In this document: in pieces, positions 11,769-20,189 of the stretch
Layout of the letters: each line of letters starts with the position of its first letter
Position numbering within the stretch: the first letter of the stretch is position 1
Source of the DNA: Synechococcus elongatus PCC 6301
GTDB lineage: Bacteria; Cyanobacteriota; Cyanobacteriia; Synechococcales; Synechococcaceae
DNA length: 32,000 nucleotides
Assembly (NCBI RefSeq): GCF_000010065.1
Contig: NC_006576.1
Span: 720,001 to 752,000 of the forward strand
Direction: 5' to 3'
The notes under the pieces: model-generated
The model's input: the letters and a program-made list of their open reading frames with translations, nothing else
Databases searched by the model: none
What the model was told of the DNA's origin: nothing
Made by a program: the position numbers and the translations under genes

Positions 11769-12425
11769 ATGGCAACTGACTCCCTGTCTGTGCGCGAGTT
11801 ACCTCTATTTCCTTTGCCGGAAGTTGTGTTATTCCCGGGGCGATTGTTGCCGCTACATATCTTTGAATATCGCTATCGCATTCTGATCCAAACCATTTTG
11901 GAGAGCGATCGCCGCTTTGGCGTGTTGCTTTGGGATCCGGCCAAGGATGAAGCTGCAACGATTGGTTGTTGTGCAGAGTTAATCCGCCATCAGCGGTTGC
12001 CGGACGATCGCATGAATGTTTGGACGTTGGGTCAACAGCGGTTTCGCGTATTGGACTACGTGCGCGAAAAGCCCTTTCGGGTAGGCCTTGTCGAGTGGAT
12101 TGAAGATGAACCCACCGATGAAGATCTCAAACCCTTAGCGACTGAGGTCAACACCGTCCTGCAGGATGTCGTGCAGTTGTCGGGCAAACTATCCGGCCAA
12201 GAAATTGAATTGCCGGACGATCTGCCGGACCTGCCACGGGAGTTGTCCTACTGGGTCGCAGGCCATCTCTACGGCGTCTATGAAGAGCAGCAAAGTCTGC
12301 TCGAAATGCTGAACACCCGCGATCGCCTCGATCGCGAACTAGAAATTTTGGGGTCGACCCGCAGTCACTTGGCTGCCCGTACCGTCCTCAAAGATACGCT
12401 CAACAGTTTTCAAAACCCGAGCTAG
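11769..12425 (+). CDS. LON peptidase substrate-binding domain protein
   Basis: 218 aa: VRELPLFPLPEVVLFPGRLLPLHIFEYRYRILIQTILESDRRFGVLLWDP..., N-terminal Lon-substrate-binding signature without the ATPase/protease domains. Confidence 0.85.
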   Translation: MATDSLSVRELPLFPLPEVVLFPGRLLPLHIFEYRYRILIQTILESDRRFGVLLWDPAKDEAATIGCCAELIRHQRLPDDRMNVWTLGQQRFRVLDYVREKPFRVGLVEWIEDEPTDEDLKPLATEVNTVLQDVVQLSGKLSGQEIELPDDLPDLPRELSYWVAGHLYGVYEEQQSLLEMLNTRDRLDRELEILGSTRSHLAARTVLKDTLNSFQNPS

Positions 12426-12437
12426 TGCTAACTGCAG

Positions 12438-13313
12438 CTAGCGAGCCTGTGCAGGTACTAAAACAGACTGGGTAAAGTCGAGGCTGTCATAACTGCCAAG
12501 CACCCGCAGTTGTTCTGTACAGTCAGCTACGGCTTGAACGGCTGCTGCGATCGCAGGATCCCGCAGATCGGCCTTTAAGTCCAAGAAAAAGAGATATTCA
12601 CCCAGCGATCGCTTGGTTGGTCGCGACTCAATCCGGCTGAGGTTAATCCGGCGATCGGCCAAAGTCTGCAGGGGTTTGACCAGCGCACCCGGCACATTGG
12701 CGTCCAGGCTGAAGTTCAGGGACGTACAAGCCCCGCCCGGCGTAGGGCTGCGGCTAATCACCCAAAAGCGGGTGCGATTATCGGGGGAATCATTGATGGG
12801 AAAGGACTGAATTGGCATCTGATAGAGTTCTGCAGCGCGGGTCGAAGCAATGACCGCCCGCTGGGGATGGCGTTCGAGATCCTGCAGGGCCTCGGTGGTG
12901 GAATTGGCGGGGATCAATTCCGCTTGGGGCAGATGCCGCTGCAACCACTGCTGGCATTGCGCGAGGGCCTGGGGATGGGAGAGCACCTGACGGATCGCCG
13001 TGCGATCGCTCTCAAAACTAATCAGGGCATGGGCAATCGGTAGAATGAGTGCCCGCTGAATCGACAGTTGGGGCAACTGCCAAAGACTATCTAGGGTGGC
13101 GGCAACGCTGCCCTCTACCGAGTTTTCGACGGGCACAACGGCATAGTCAACAGCACCATCAGCCAAGGTCTGTAAGGTGGCTGGAATGCTCCGACAAGCA
13201 AGCAGACGGCTGGGCTGTTGATCCTGCTGGGTCAACCAAGCTTGAAAGCGCAGGGCAGCCATTTCGGCATAGGTACCCACGGGACCCAAATGGGCGATCG
13301 CCCGCTCGGACAT
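12438..13313 (-). CDS. pheA: Prephenate dehydratase
   Basis: Likely start ATG at 13313 (MSERAIAHLGPVGTYAEMAALRFQ...); contains DYAVVPVENSVEGSVAATLDSL and the ACT-domain ESRPTKRSLGEYLFFLDL. ORF track extends to 13334. Confidence 0.93.
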   Translation of the reverse strand: MSERAIAHLGPVGTYAEMAALRFQAWLTQQDQQPSRLLACRSIPATLQTLADGAVDYAVVPVENSVEGSVAATLDSLWQLPQLSIQRALILPIAHALISFESDRTAIRQVLSHPQALAQCQQWLQRHLPQAELIPANSTTEALQDLERHPQRAVIASTRAAELYQMPIQSFPINDSPDNRTRFWVISRSPTPGGACTSLNFSLDANVPGALVKPLQTLADRRINLSRIESRPTKRSLGEYLFFLDLKADLRDPAIAAAVQAVADCTEQLRVLGSYDSLDFTQSVLVPAQAR

Positions 13314-13392
13314 AGCCTTTCCTTGTCGATCCATTCGCTAGCCTTGGGCACAAACACCGTAAAATCGTCGGAAATGCTGCCCATTTCCGCGC

Positions 13393-13950
13393 ATGCTCAG
13401 TCAATTTGCCGCGAGCCAAACGGTTGACTTGGCAATCAACCAACCGACAGCTCGTGGTCTACAGGATTATCTCAGACAGTCACAGCGAATCGTTTACACG
13501 CTCTTCAACCGCGACCAGTTGCAAGTTCTGGGCGATGACGTCTATCGGTTTGAAATGCGGCCGCTGCAGTTTTTCTCGTTGCAATTACGCCCCATCGTCG
13601 ATCTTGCTGTTTGGACCGATGAGGCTGGGATTTTGCAAATTCAGTCGCGAGATTGTCAATTGCGGGGCTTAGATTTATTGGCTGCTCGGTTTCAGTTGGA
13701 TTTAGAGGGCGAGTTGCTGGCAGAATCAAGTCATCACCTGACTGGGGAAGCCCGCTTGAAAGTGGAGGTGCAAATGCCGCCCCTGTTGCGCCTGACGCCA
13801 CGCCCCATGCTGGAAGCTGCCGGTAATGCCCTCCTCAAGGGTGTCTTGCTGACGATTCGCCAGCAGATTCAGCGACGGCTGGTTGAAGATTACTTGCTCT
13901 GGAGTCAAGAGTCTTTCTGTTCTTCGGCGCTGCCACCCCAGTCCAATTGA
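13393..13950 (+). CDS. DUF1997 family protein
   Basis: 185 aa: QRIVYTLFNRDQLQVLGDDVYRFEMRPLQFFSLQLRPIVDLAVW..., conserved in cyanobacteria/plastids. Confidence 0.75.
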   Translation: MLSQFAASQTVDLAINQPTARGLQDYLRQSQRIVYTLFNRDQLQVLGDDVYRFEMRPLQFFSLQLRPIVDLAVWTDEAGILQIQSRDCQLRGLDLLAARFQLDLEGELLAESSHHLTGEARLKVEVQMPPLLRLTPRPMLEAAGNALLKGVLLTIRQQIQRRLVEDYLLWSQESFCSSALPPQSN

Positions 13951-13972
13951 GCTCATCTTGTGCAAGCAGCGA

Positions 13973-14620
13973 TCAGAATAGGTCAATCTGTTGCGATGGT
14001 TGGCGGAGCGATCGCAGAAAGCGGATCCGATGCAGAGGTGTCGGCCCTAGTTGCAGAATCGCTTGACGATGTTGAGCCGTCCCGTAGCCCTTGTGCCGCC
14101 CAAGAGCATAACCGGGATAGCGTTCATCGAGCCGTTCGATCAGACGATCGCGCCAGACTTTAGCAAGAATGCTGGCGGCCGCGATCGTGATGCAGTGCCG
14201 ATCGCCTTGGATGACTGTCGTTTGCGGATAGGTCAGCTGAGGCACTTGCTGATTGCCGTCGATTAGGCAGCGACTGATCGGGCGATCGAGTTTGGCAATC
14301 GCTCGTCGCATGGCCAAAAAGGTCGCCTGCAGGATATTCCAACGCTCAATTTCTGCGACACTCGCTAATCCCCAACCTGTGGCAAGGGCCACCTCGCAGA
14401 TCAGGGGGTAGAGTTGCTGCCGCTGGCGTTGACTGAGTCGCTTACTATCGGTGACGCCGGCTTGCTGGAGTGGCGCGATCGCTGTTTCCGGCAAGATGAC
14501 GGCGGCGGTGACCACGGGACCGAATAGACAGCCCCGCCCGACTTCATCCACCCCAGCAACCGTTTGCCAGCGATCGCCGGGGCCGAAAAAGTCACTATCC
14601 AGCCTAGTCTTGGGACTCAC
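13973..14620 (-). CDS. rnhB: Ribonuclease HII
   Basis: 215 aa with VAGVDEVGRGCLFGPVVTAAVIL, ITIAAASILAKVWRDRLI and HKGYGTAQHRQAI motifs. Confidence 0.95.
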   Translation of the reverse strand: MSPKTRLDSDFFGPGDRWQTVAGVDEVGRGCLFGPVVTAAVILPETAIAPLQQAGVTDSKRLSQRQRQQLYPLICEVALATGWGLASVAEIERWNILQATFLAMRRAIAKLDRPISRCLIDGNQQVPQLTYPQTTVIQGDRHCITIAAASILAKVWRDRLIERLDERYPGYALGRHKGYGTAQHRQAILQLGPTPLHRIRFLRSLRQPSQQIDLF

Positions 14621-16868
14621 GTTGCGCTGAAGAACGCCGCCGCCGCCGCCCTGGGGCAGGGACTTCGCTAGCTGGAGCAGTGACTTCCGATGCTTCGCTA
14701 GCCACTGCCACTGGAGCGGGTGTTGGTTCCACGGGTGTTGGCTCCGCTGGAGTTGGCTCCGCTGGAGTCGGCTCCGCTGGAGTCGGCTCCGCTGGAGTCG
14801 GCTCTGATGCAGCGATCACTTCTGCTGTAACAGCGCTCGTTGCTCCTTCGGTTGTGATGCTGCTGGGCTGCTCAGCAGGTGTTTCAGCTGTACTGCTGGA
14901 ATCTGAACGGGATTCAGAGCTTTCAGCGCTGGCCGTCTCGCGATTCTCACGAGCGAGGGTTGGGCGACCACTGTCCCCACCGCCCCGCCGATGGCGCGAT
15001 CGCTGGTCGTAGAGTGCCTTGGCCGCCGCGATCGCAGGTTCCTTCTCACTCTCTTGGGCGTAGACCCCGACCAAAACGGGTTGGCTTGGCTCTGGCAGGG
15101 ATTCTGCCCGAATCAAGGGGGAAGCCCCCATCCAAGCGTAGAGTTCCTGCTCTTCGAGCGTCAGTTCAACGGCCACAATCACTGGTGGCTCAGGCGGTTG
15201 ACGGCGCGGCCGACGACTCATACCAGTCGATTCACTGTCGCGATCGCGCTCTGGAGCTGAATCCCGAGTGGTGGCCGCCAGCGCTTCGGCCAACCCAGGC
15301 GACGCACTGATCTCAGGATTAATGCTGGTATTGGGTAGGCTAGGGCCAGCATTCCGACCACCGCCGCGACGCCGACCCCGTCGTTGGGGCGATCGCTCTA
15401 GTAAACCTAGTCCGCTGTAGCTATCACCATTGTTTTCCAGCTCGCTAGCAGGGGTGGTTTCATTGAGGAGCGGTGGGACACCCGTCGCGCGGGCTAGGGC
15501 ACTGCGGGCGGGCGAGAGATAGCTGTCGTTGCTGGGAGCCAGATTAGTGCTGGCACTGACCGGAGTCGTTGTTGCAACTGGAGTCGTAATTGGTGGGCGA
15601 TCGGAGGTGCGGACAATCGGTTGTGCACCCACTTCACCTGGTAGATGGGCAACATGACCTAACCCGCCGCAGGTAGTACAAGGTGTGCTGAACAGTTCGT
15701 AAATATTCTGGCCTTGGCGCTTGCGCGTCAATTCCACCAAGCCCAGTTCCGACAGCTGAGAAATCTGGGGACGCGACTTGTCATGGCGCAGGGCTCGCGT
15801 GAAATGCTCCAGTACTTGGAGCTGGTCACGGCGAGAATCCATATCGATGAAATCGACGATAATCACGCCAGCAATATTGCGGAGCCGCAACTGGCGAGCA
15901 ATTTCGGCTGCCGCCTCGCAGTTAGTCCAAAGCACTGTTTCCCGTGCCGTGGCCGATCGCGTAAACGAGCCCGAGTTGACATCGACCACCGTCAGCGCTT
16001 CGGTCTTCTCGATGATCACGTAGCCGCCGGAAGGCAGGTCGACCCGAGGCTTGAGAGCCTCACGAATGGCAGCGTTGACTCGGAAGTAATCAAGGATCGA
16101 ACTGCGATCGCGGTATTGCTCAATCAATAAGCCCGGTGCAATCTCGCCCGCCCCCCAGGCACTAAGGTGTTGTTTGACGCGCTTCAACCCGGTGTGGGAG
16201 TCCACCACAATCCGGTTGACGCCCTCGTCGTACATGTCGCGTAATACCCGTTGGATGAAGTCATCATCTCGGGTTAGCAAGGCGGGGGCTGGTGTGGAAT
16301 CGGCCAGTTGCAGAGTCTGTTCCCACTGGCGCTGCAGCGACTCCAAGTCTTCGATGATCAGCTCTTCAGCGATGCCATCCGCTTCGGTGCGTACCAGCAG
16401 CCCCATACCAGCGGGTTTGATCAGCACACTCAGCGCGCGCAGTCGGTTGCGTTCGCTTTCCGACATGATCCGCCGCGACAGGCTGACGCCACTGCTGTAG
16501 GGCATCAAAACCAGATACCGCCCGGGGAGGCTGATGTTGCCGGTCAGGCGGGGCCCCTTGGAACTAGTGGGCTCCTTCATCACCTGAACCAGCACTTTTT
16601 GCTGAGGAGCCAGTAGCTCAGTAATCGCACCAGCACTGCGCCGCAAGCGCAGAGGGCCTAAATCTGTGACGTGAATAAAACCATTCTTTTCGCTGTCACC
16701 GATATTGACAAACGCCGCATCGATCCCGGGCAGGACATTCTCAACAACGCCGAGATAAATGTCGCCAATCTGATGAGTGCCTTTGGCAACAATGAATTCT
16801 TCAATCTGGTCTTCGGCAAAAACGGCTGCGATGCGGTGCTGTTCAGCAATAACGATTTGTTTGGGCAT
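14604..16868 (-). CDS. rne: Ribonuclease E/G family endoribonuclease
   Basis: Start ATG at 16868 (MPKQIVIAEQHRIAAVFAEDQIEEFIVAKGTHQIGDIYLG...), about 754 aa. S1 region, IDFIDMDSRRDQ catalytic region, Zn-link CTTCGG, and Arg-rich C-terminus GRRRRRSSAQRESQD. ORF track extends 55 codons upstream without conservation. Confidence 0.95.
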   Translation of the reverse strand: MPKQIVIAEQHRIAAVFAEDQIEEFIVAKGTHQIGDIYLGVVENVLPGIDAAFVNIGDSEKNGFIHVTDLGPLRLRRSAGAITELLAPQQKVLVQVMKEPTSSKGPRLTGNISLPGRYLVLMPYSSGVSLSRRIMSESERNRLRALSVLIKPAGMGLLVRTEADGIAEELIIEDLESLQRQWEQTLQLADSTPAPALLTRDDDFIQRVLRDMYDEGVNRIVVDSHTGLKRVKQHLSAWGAGEIAPGLLIEQYRDRSSILDYFRVNAAIREALKPRVDLPSGGYVIIEKTEALTVVDVNSGSFTRSATARETVLWTNCEAAAEIARQLRLRNIAGVIIVDFIDMDSRRDQLQVLEHFTRALRHDKSRPQISQLSELGLVELTRKRQGQNIYELFSTPCTTCGGLGHVAHLPGEVGAQPIVRTSDRPPITTPVATTTPVSASTNLAPSNDSYLSPARSALARATGVPPLLNETTPASELENNGDSYSGLGLLERSPQRRGRRRGGGRNAGPSLPNTSINPEISASPGLAEALAATTRDSAPERDRDSESTGMSRRPRRQPPEPPVIVAVELTLEEQELYAWMGASPLIRAESLPEPSQPVLVGVYAQESEKEPAIAAAKALYDQRSRHRRGGGDSGRPTLARENRETASAESSESRSDSSSTAETPAEQPSSITTEGATSAVTAEVIAASEPTPAEPTPAEPTPAEPTPAEPTPVEPTPAPVAVASEASEVTAPASEVPAPGRRRRRSSAQRESQD
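14720..14809 (-). repeat. Six tandem 15-bp units inside rne encoding (EPTPA)n
   Basis: GGTGTTGGTTCCACG / GGTGTTGGCTCCGCT / GGAGTTGGCTCCGCT / GGAGTCGGCTCCGCT x2 / GGAGTCGGCTCTGAT on the + strand; the encoded protein shows EPTPAEPTPAEPTPAEPTPAEPTPVEPTPA. Confidence 0.95.
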
Positions 16869-17379
16869 GCCTGAGGCTCTAGTTGTCTGGCAGTGCGAGC
16901 AGAGACGAAAGACCGACAGGAGCTGCGATGAGCAACGCAACACCCGTCTGCTGGCGCAGTCTCGAAGATCAGGCCAAAGCCCACGATCGCTCGATTGTCT
17001 GTTGGCGCTCGACACCGACAGACGCTGCATCAAAACTGGATGTTGCCCTCGCAGGACATCCCTACCGTGAGGCCGGGGAACTGAAGTCTAGTGAAAGCGA
17101 CGCTATTGAAGCGCGATCGCCATCTGTAGAGGCCTGATCGCGTCGATGGGCGTTGGGCTAGAAGACGTTGAGAAAATCCGGCAGTTAGAAAAGCCTAGGA
17201 GAAGCCCAGAAAGGTTTCCGAGCAAAACTGCACTAATCTGGCAGTAGCCACTCAGGCTTGGAACTGAGGGACTTCTCAATTACAGTCCCTGTCTTCGGCA
17301 GTCGGGCTAGGTGAAATCTTTTCACTCAGCTTAAGTGCCACATTATCACACTCGCACGACCCGTACCCTCGCAGCGGCC

Positions 17380-19998
17380 TCAGTCGAGATGCAGCGATCG
17401 CCGGTGGGCATGGCGCAACTGGAAGTTCTGACCGCTGACTTGTTGCAACAGCGTGATCACCTGCTCGGGGCGCAGCAGCGTGCCGTCATTGCGACAGGAA
17501 CCGACGTAGCGCAGCCAGAAGTCAGAGTCGCTAGCGGCGGCTTGCAAACGCTGGGGCAGGGGGCTAGGGGCTGTACTGCTCAGGGTATGGAGCCGTTCGC
17601 GCAGATTGACTTCCACCTTTTTGCCAGACTTGGTGGTCTGCTCTACTAGCACCGTCTCGGTTGTCAAAACAGACTGAATTAGTGCCTGAACCTCGGTCGA
17701 TTCTTCCGGCTCGATCCAAAGGTCATATTCCGCGCGACTGAGTAGGGCAGTTACTGCTGGACTCTTCAGCACGACCTCGGCCGTTTCATAGATCGGCAAT
17801 TCTGGATCAAGTTGAGCCGCCAGTCGTTGCTGGAACTCCGCGGGCTCGATCGCCTGAAACAGCTCAAAGTCCATCAATTCGGCTTCGCTGCTCATTCCCA
17901 AGGGCAAAGCATTGGCTGGTACGATGCGCGGGCTGGGATGGAAGCCACCGCTAAACGCCACCGGCAACTTGGCTCGCCGCACCGCGCGATCGAAGACTCG
18001 CAGCAGATCTAAGTGGCTGAGCAAGGTCATTTGGCCGAGCTTGCCAAAGCGAATCCGCAGGCGCTGGACTTTTTCGGTCGGCGGTTGGAAGTGCCCTTGG
18101 AAGTTGGGAATCGCCGGTGGTGGCACCACGACGTTATGGCCAAAATCGACGCCACAGACGCCGCAATGACTACAGCCATCAAATGAGCAATCAGGCACTA
18201 CGGCTGCTTCAAGGGCTTTCTGCAGATCCTCTTGCAGCCAGCGTTTATCGATGCCAGTGTCGAGGTGATCCCAGGGCAAGGGCGCATCTAAGGCGCGATC
18301 GCGACTGGCTTCGCCTTCGAACAGATTCCATTCGCCAGTTTCGACTTGGCGATATTTCCAGTCCAATCCGGCTTCCGCGATCGCCTGAGTCCAAGCGCCA
18401 TAGGCTTTATCGAGGCTTTCCCACCAAGCATCCATGCCCGCGCCCAGTTCCCAAGCGCGGCGAACCACGGCAGACAAACGGCGATCGCCCCGTCCCACGA
18501 AGTCCTCCATCGCCGAGATGCGCACGTCGGTGAAGTTGACCTTGAGGTTGGGGATCTGCTTAAACTCCGCCGCCAGCAATTCCTGCTTGCGCTTAAACTC
18601 CGTCGTTGAAACCGAATGCCACTGAAACGGTGTGTGCGGTTTCGGCGTGAAGTTAGAAATCGTCAGGTTAAAGCCCAGCTTTTTCTTTCGGCCTCGGCAT
18701 TCCTGCTGCAGCCAGCGCACGGTTTCGGCAATGCCCAATACATCCGCATCGGTTTCGCCGGGCAAGCCGATCATGAAGTAGAGCTTGACCCGATCCCAGC
18801 CCTGTTCGTAGGCGGTTTTGACGCCGCGCAGCAGCTCCTCGTTGGTCAGCCCTTTATTGATGATGTCGCGCAGTCGTTGGGTGCCCGCCTCCGGTGCAAA
18901 GGTCAGGCCGCCTTTGCGGGTGCCGCCGATGATGTTGGCGATGTTGTCATCAAAGCGATCGACCCGCTGACTGGGCAGCGACAGCGTGATGTTTTCGTCC
19001 TGTAGGCGGTTTTTGATTTCAATGCCGACGGCGGGTAGCGCCAGATAGTCGCTGCAGCTAAGGGAGAGTAGCGAGAACTCGTTGTAGCCGGTGGCGCGAA
19101 TCCCCGTCTCGATCGCTTCCACCACTTGCTCTGGCTCCACATCCCGCGCCGGACGGGTTAGCATCCCCGGCTGGCAGAAGCGGCACCCGCGAGTGCAGCC
19201 GCGCCGAATTTCAATCGTCAGGCGATCGTGGACGGTTTCCACGTGGGGCACGAGGCCGATCGAGTAGGCGGGAATTGGGGTCGCCACCCGCCGCAACACT
19301 TTTGCGGGCACATCCGCACGATTGGGATGGACTGAGCCATCTTCGGCCATGTCATAAAAGCGCGGCACATAAACGCCCGGCACCTGCGCCAGATCGAGCA
19401 GCAACTCTGTGCGACTCAGCTGCGATCGCTTGCCTTCCTCAACAATCAGCCCCACCTCGGGCAGCAATTCCTCGCCATCGCCCAAGACGATGAAATCGAA
19501 GAACTCCGCGTAGGGTTCCGGATTCGAAGTGGCGGTCTGACCACCGGCAAAAATTAGCGGCCAGCCGTCCAGATCACCCAAGGTGCGATCGCCGCGTTCC
19601 GCCCAAGTCAGTGGTGCGCCAATTAGCGCCAGCATTTCCAGAATGTTGGTTGCCCCCAGCTCGTAGCTGAGACTGAAGCCAAGGATGTCGAACTCCAGCA
19701 GCGATCGCTTCGATTCGACGGCAAACAAGGGGGTTTGGGTTTGGCGCAGCTTCTCGGCTAAGTCCGCCGCCGGCAGATAGGCGCGATCGCAAAGTTGACG
19801 CGGCTGGGCGTTGAGGATGCTGTAAAGGATGATGTGGCCGAGGTTGGACGCCCCCACTTCGTAGATTTCGGGGTAGGTCAGCGACCAGCGAACGCTTGCC
19901 TGTTCCCAGGGCTTGTGAACCGCTCCCAGCTCATTGCCGAGGTAACGGGCGGGCTTGAGGATTTCAGGCGAGAGCAGCGTTTCGACAGCAACAGACAC
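17380..19998 (-). CDS. B12-binding-domain radical SAM protein fused to a C-terminal DUF2344 domain (TIGR03960/TIGR03936 type)
   Basis: YPEIYEVGASNLGHIILYSILNAQP...; FeS motif RGCTRGCRFCQPGM; C-terminal KVQRLRIRFGKLGQMTLLSHLDLLRVFDRAVRRAKLPVAFSGGFHPSPRI. Likely GTG start at 19998 (MSVAVETLLSPEILKPARYLG); ORF track extends to 20019. Confidence 0.88.
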   Translation of the reverse strand: MSVAVETLLSPEILKPARYLGNELGAVHKPWEQASVRWSLTYPEIYEVGASNLGHIILYSILNAQPRQLCDRAYLPAADLAEKLRQTQTPLFAVESKRSLLEFDILGFSLSYELGATNILEMLALIGAPLTWAERGDRTLGDLDGWPLIFAGGQTATSNPEPYAEFFDFIVLGDGEELLPEVGLIVEEGKRSQLSRTELLLDLAQVPGVYVPRFYDMAEDGSVHPNRADVPAKVLRRVATPIPAYSIGLVPHVETVHDRLTIEIRRGCTRGCRFCQPGMLTRPARDVEPEQVVEAIETGIRATGYNEFSLLSLSCSDYLALPAVGIEIKNRLQDENITLSLPSQRVDRFDDNIANIIGGTRKGGLTFAPEAGTQRLRDIINKGLTNEELLRGVKTAYEQGWDRVKLYFMIGLPGETDADVLGIAETVRWLQQECRGRKKKLGFNLTISNFTPKPHTPFQWHSVSTTEFKRKQELLAAEFKQIPNLKVNFTDVRISAMEDFVGRGDRRLSAVVRRAWELGAGMDAWWESLDKAYGAWTQAIAEAGLDWKYRQVETGEWNLFEGEASRDRALDAPLPWDHLDTGIDKRWLQEDLQKALEAAVVPDCSFDGCSHCGVCGVDFGHNVVVPPPAIPNFQGHFQPPTEKVQRLRIRFGKLGQMTLLSHLDLLRVFDRAVRRAKLPVAFSGGFHPSPRIVPANALPLGMSSEAELMDFELFQAIEPAEFQQRLAAQLDPELPIYETAEVVLKSPAVTALLSRAEYDLWIEPEESTEVQALIQSVLTTETVLVEQTTKSGKKVEVNLRERLHTLSSTAPSPLPQRLQAAASDSDFWLRYVGSCRNDGTLLRPEQVITLLQQVSGQNFQLRHAHRRSLHLD

Positions 19999-20109
19999 AG
20001 CGGCGCGACAGCGCAACAACCGTTCAATTGTGGCATTTCACCTGCTTGGGCTTGGCTGAAGTCGATCAGGTCGCTAAAGACCCGACGTGCGATCTCCACC
20101 ACAAAGGGT

Positions 20110-20167
20110 TGTCCTCCGCGATCGCTGCTCGTCTTGAGGGAGCAGTAATCACGGAGGACATGTTTTT
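20110..20167. other. Two-stem intergenic hairpin with flanking T-tract on the + strand
   Basis: Outer stem tgtcctccg (20110-20118) / cggaggaca (20152-20160), 9 bp perfect; inner stem ctgctc (20125-20130) / gagcag (20140-20145); ttttt at 20163-20167. Confidence 0.55.
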
Positions 20168-20189
20168 GAGCCGTCTGTGAGGGGTGGGC

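Noticed and set aside
14720-14809. Short regularly spaced repeats considered as a CRISPR-like array
   Set aside because: 15-bp units are contiguous with no spacers and in-frame with rne, so this is a coding minisatellite.
19878-20189. Open minus-strand frame between radical SAM and alaS (...VLRDYCSLKTSSDRGGQPFVVEIARRVFSDLIDFSQAQAG...)
   Set aside because: Looks weakly protein-like, but has no good start codon, overlaps the radical SAM gene start in another frame and resembles no family I know.
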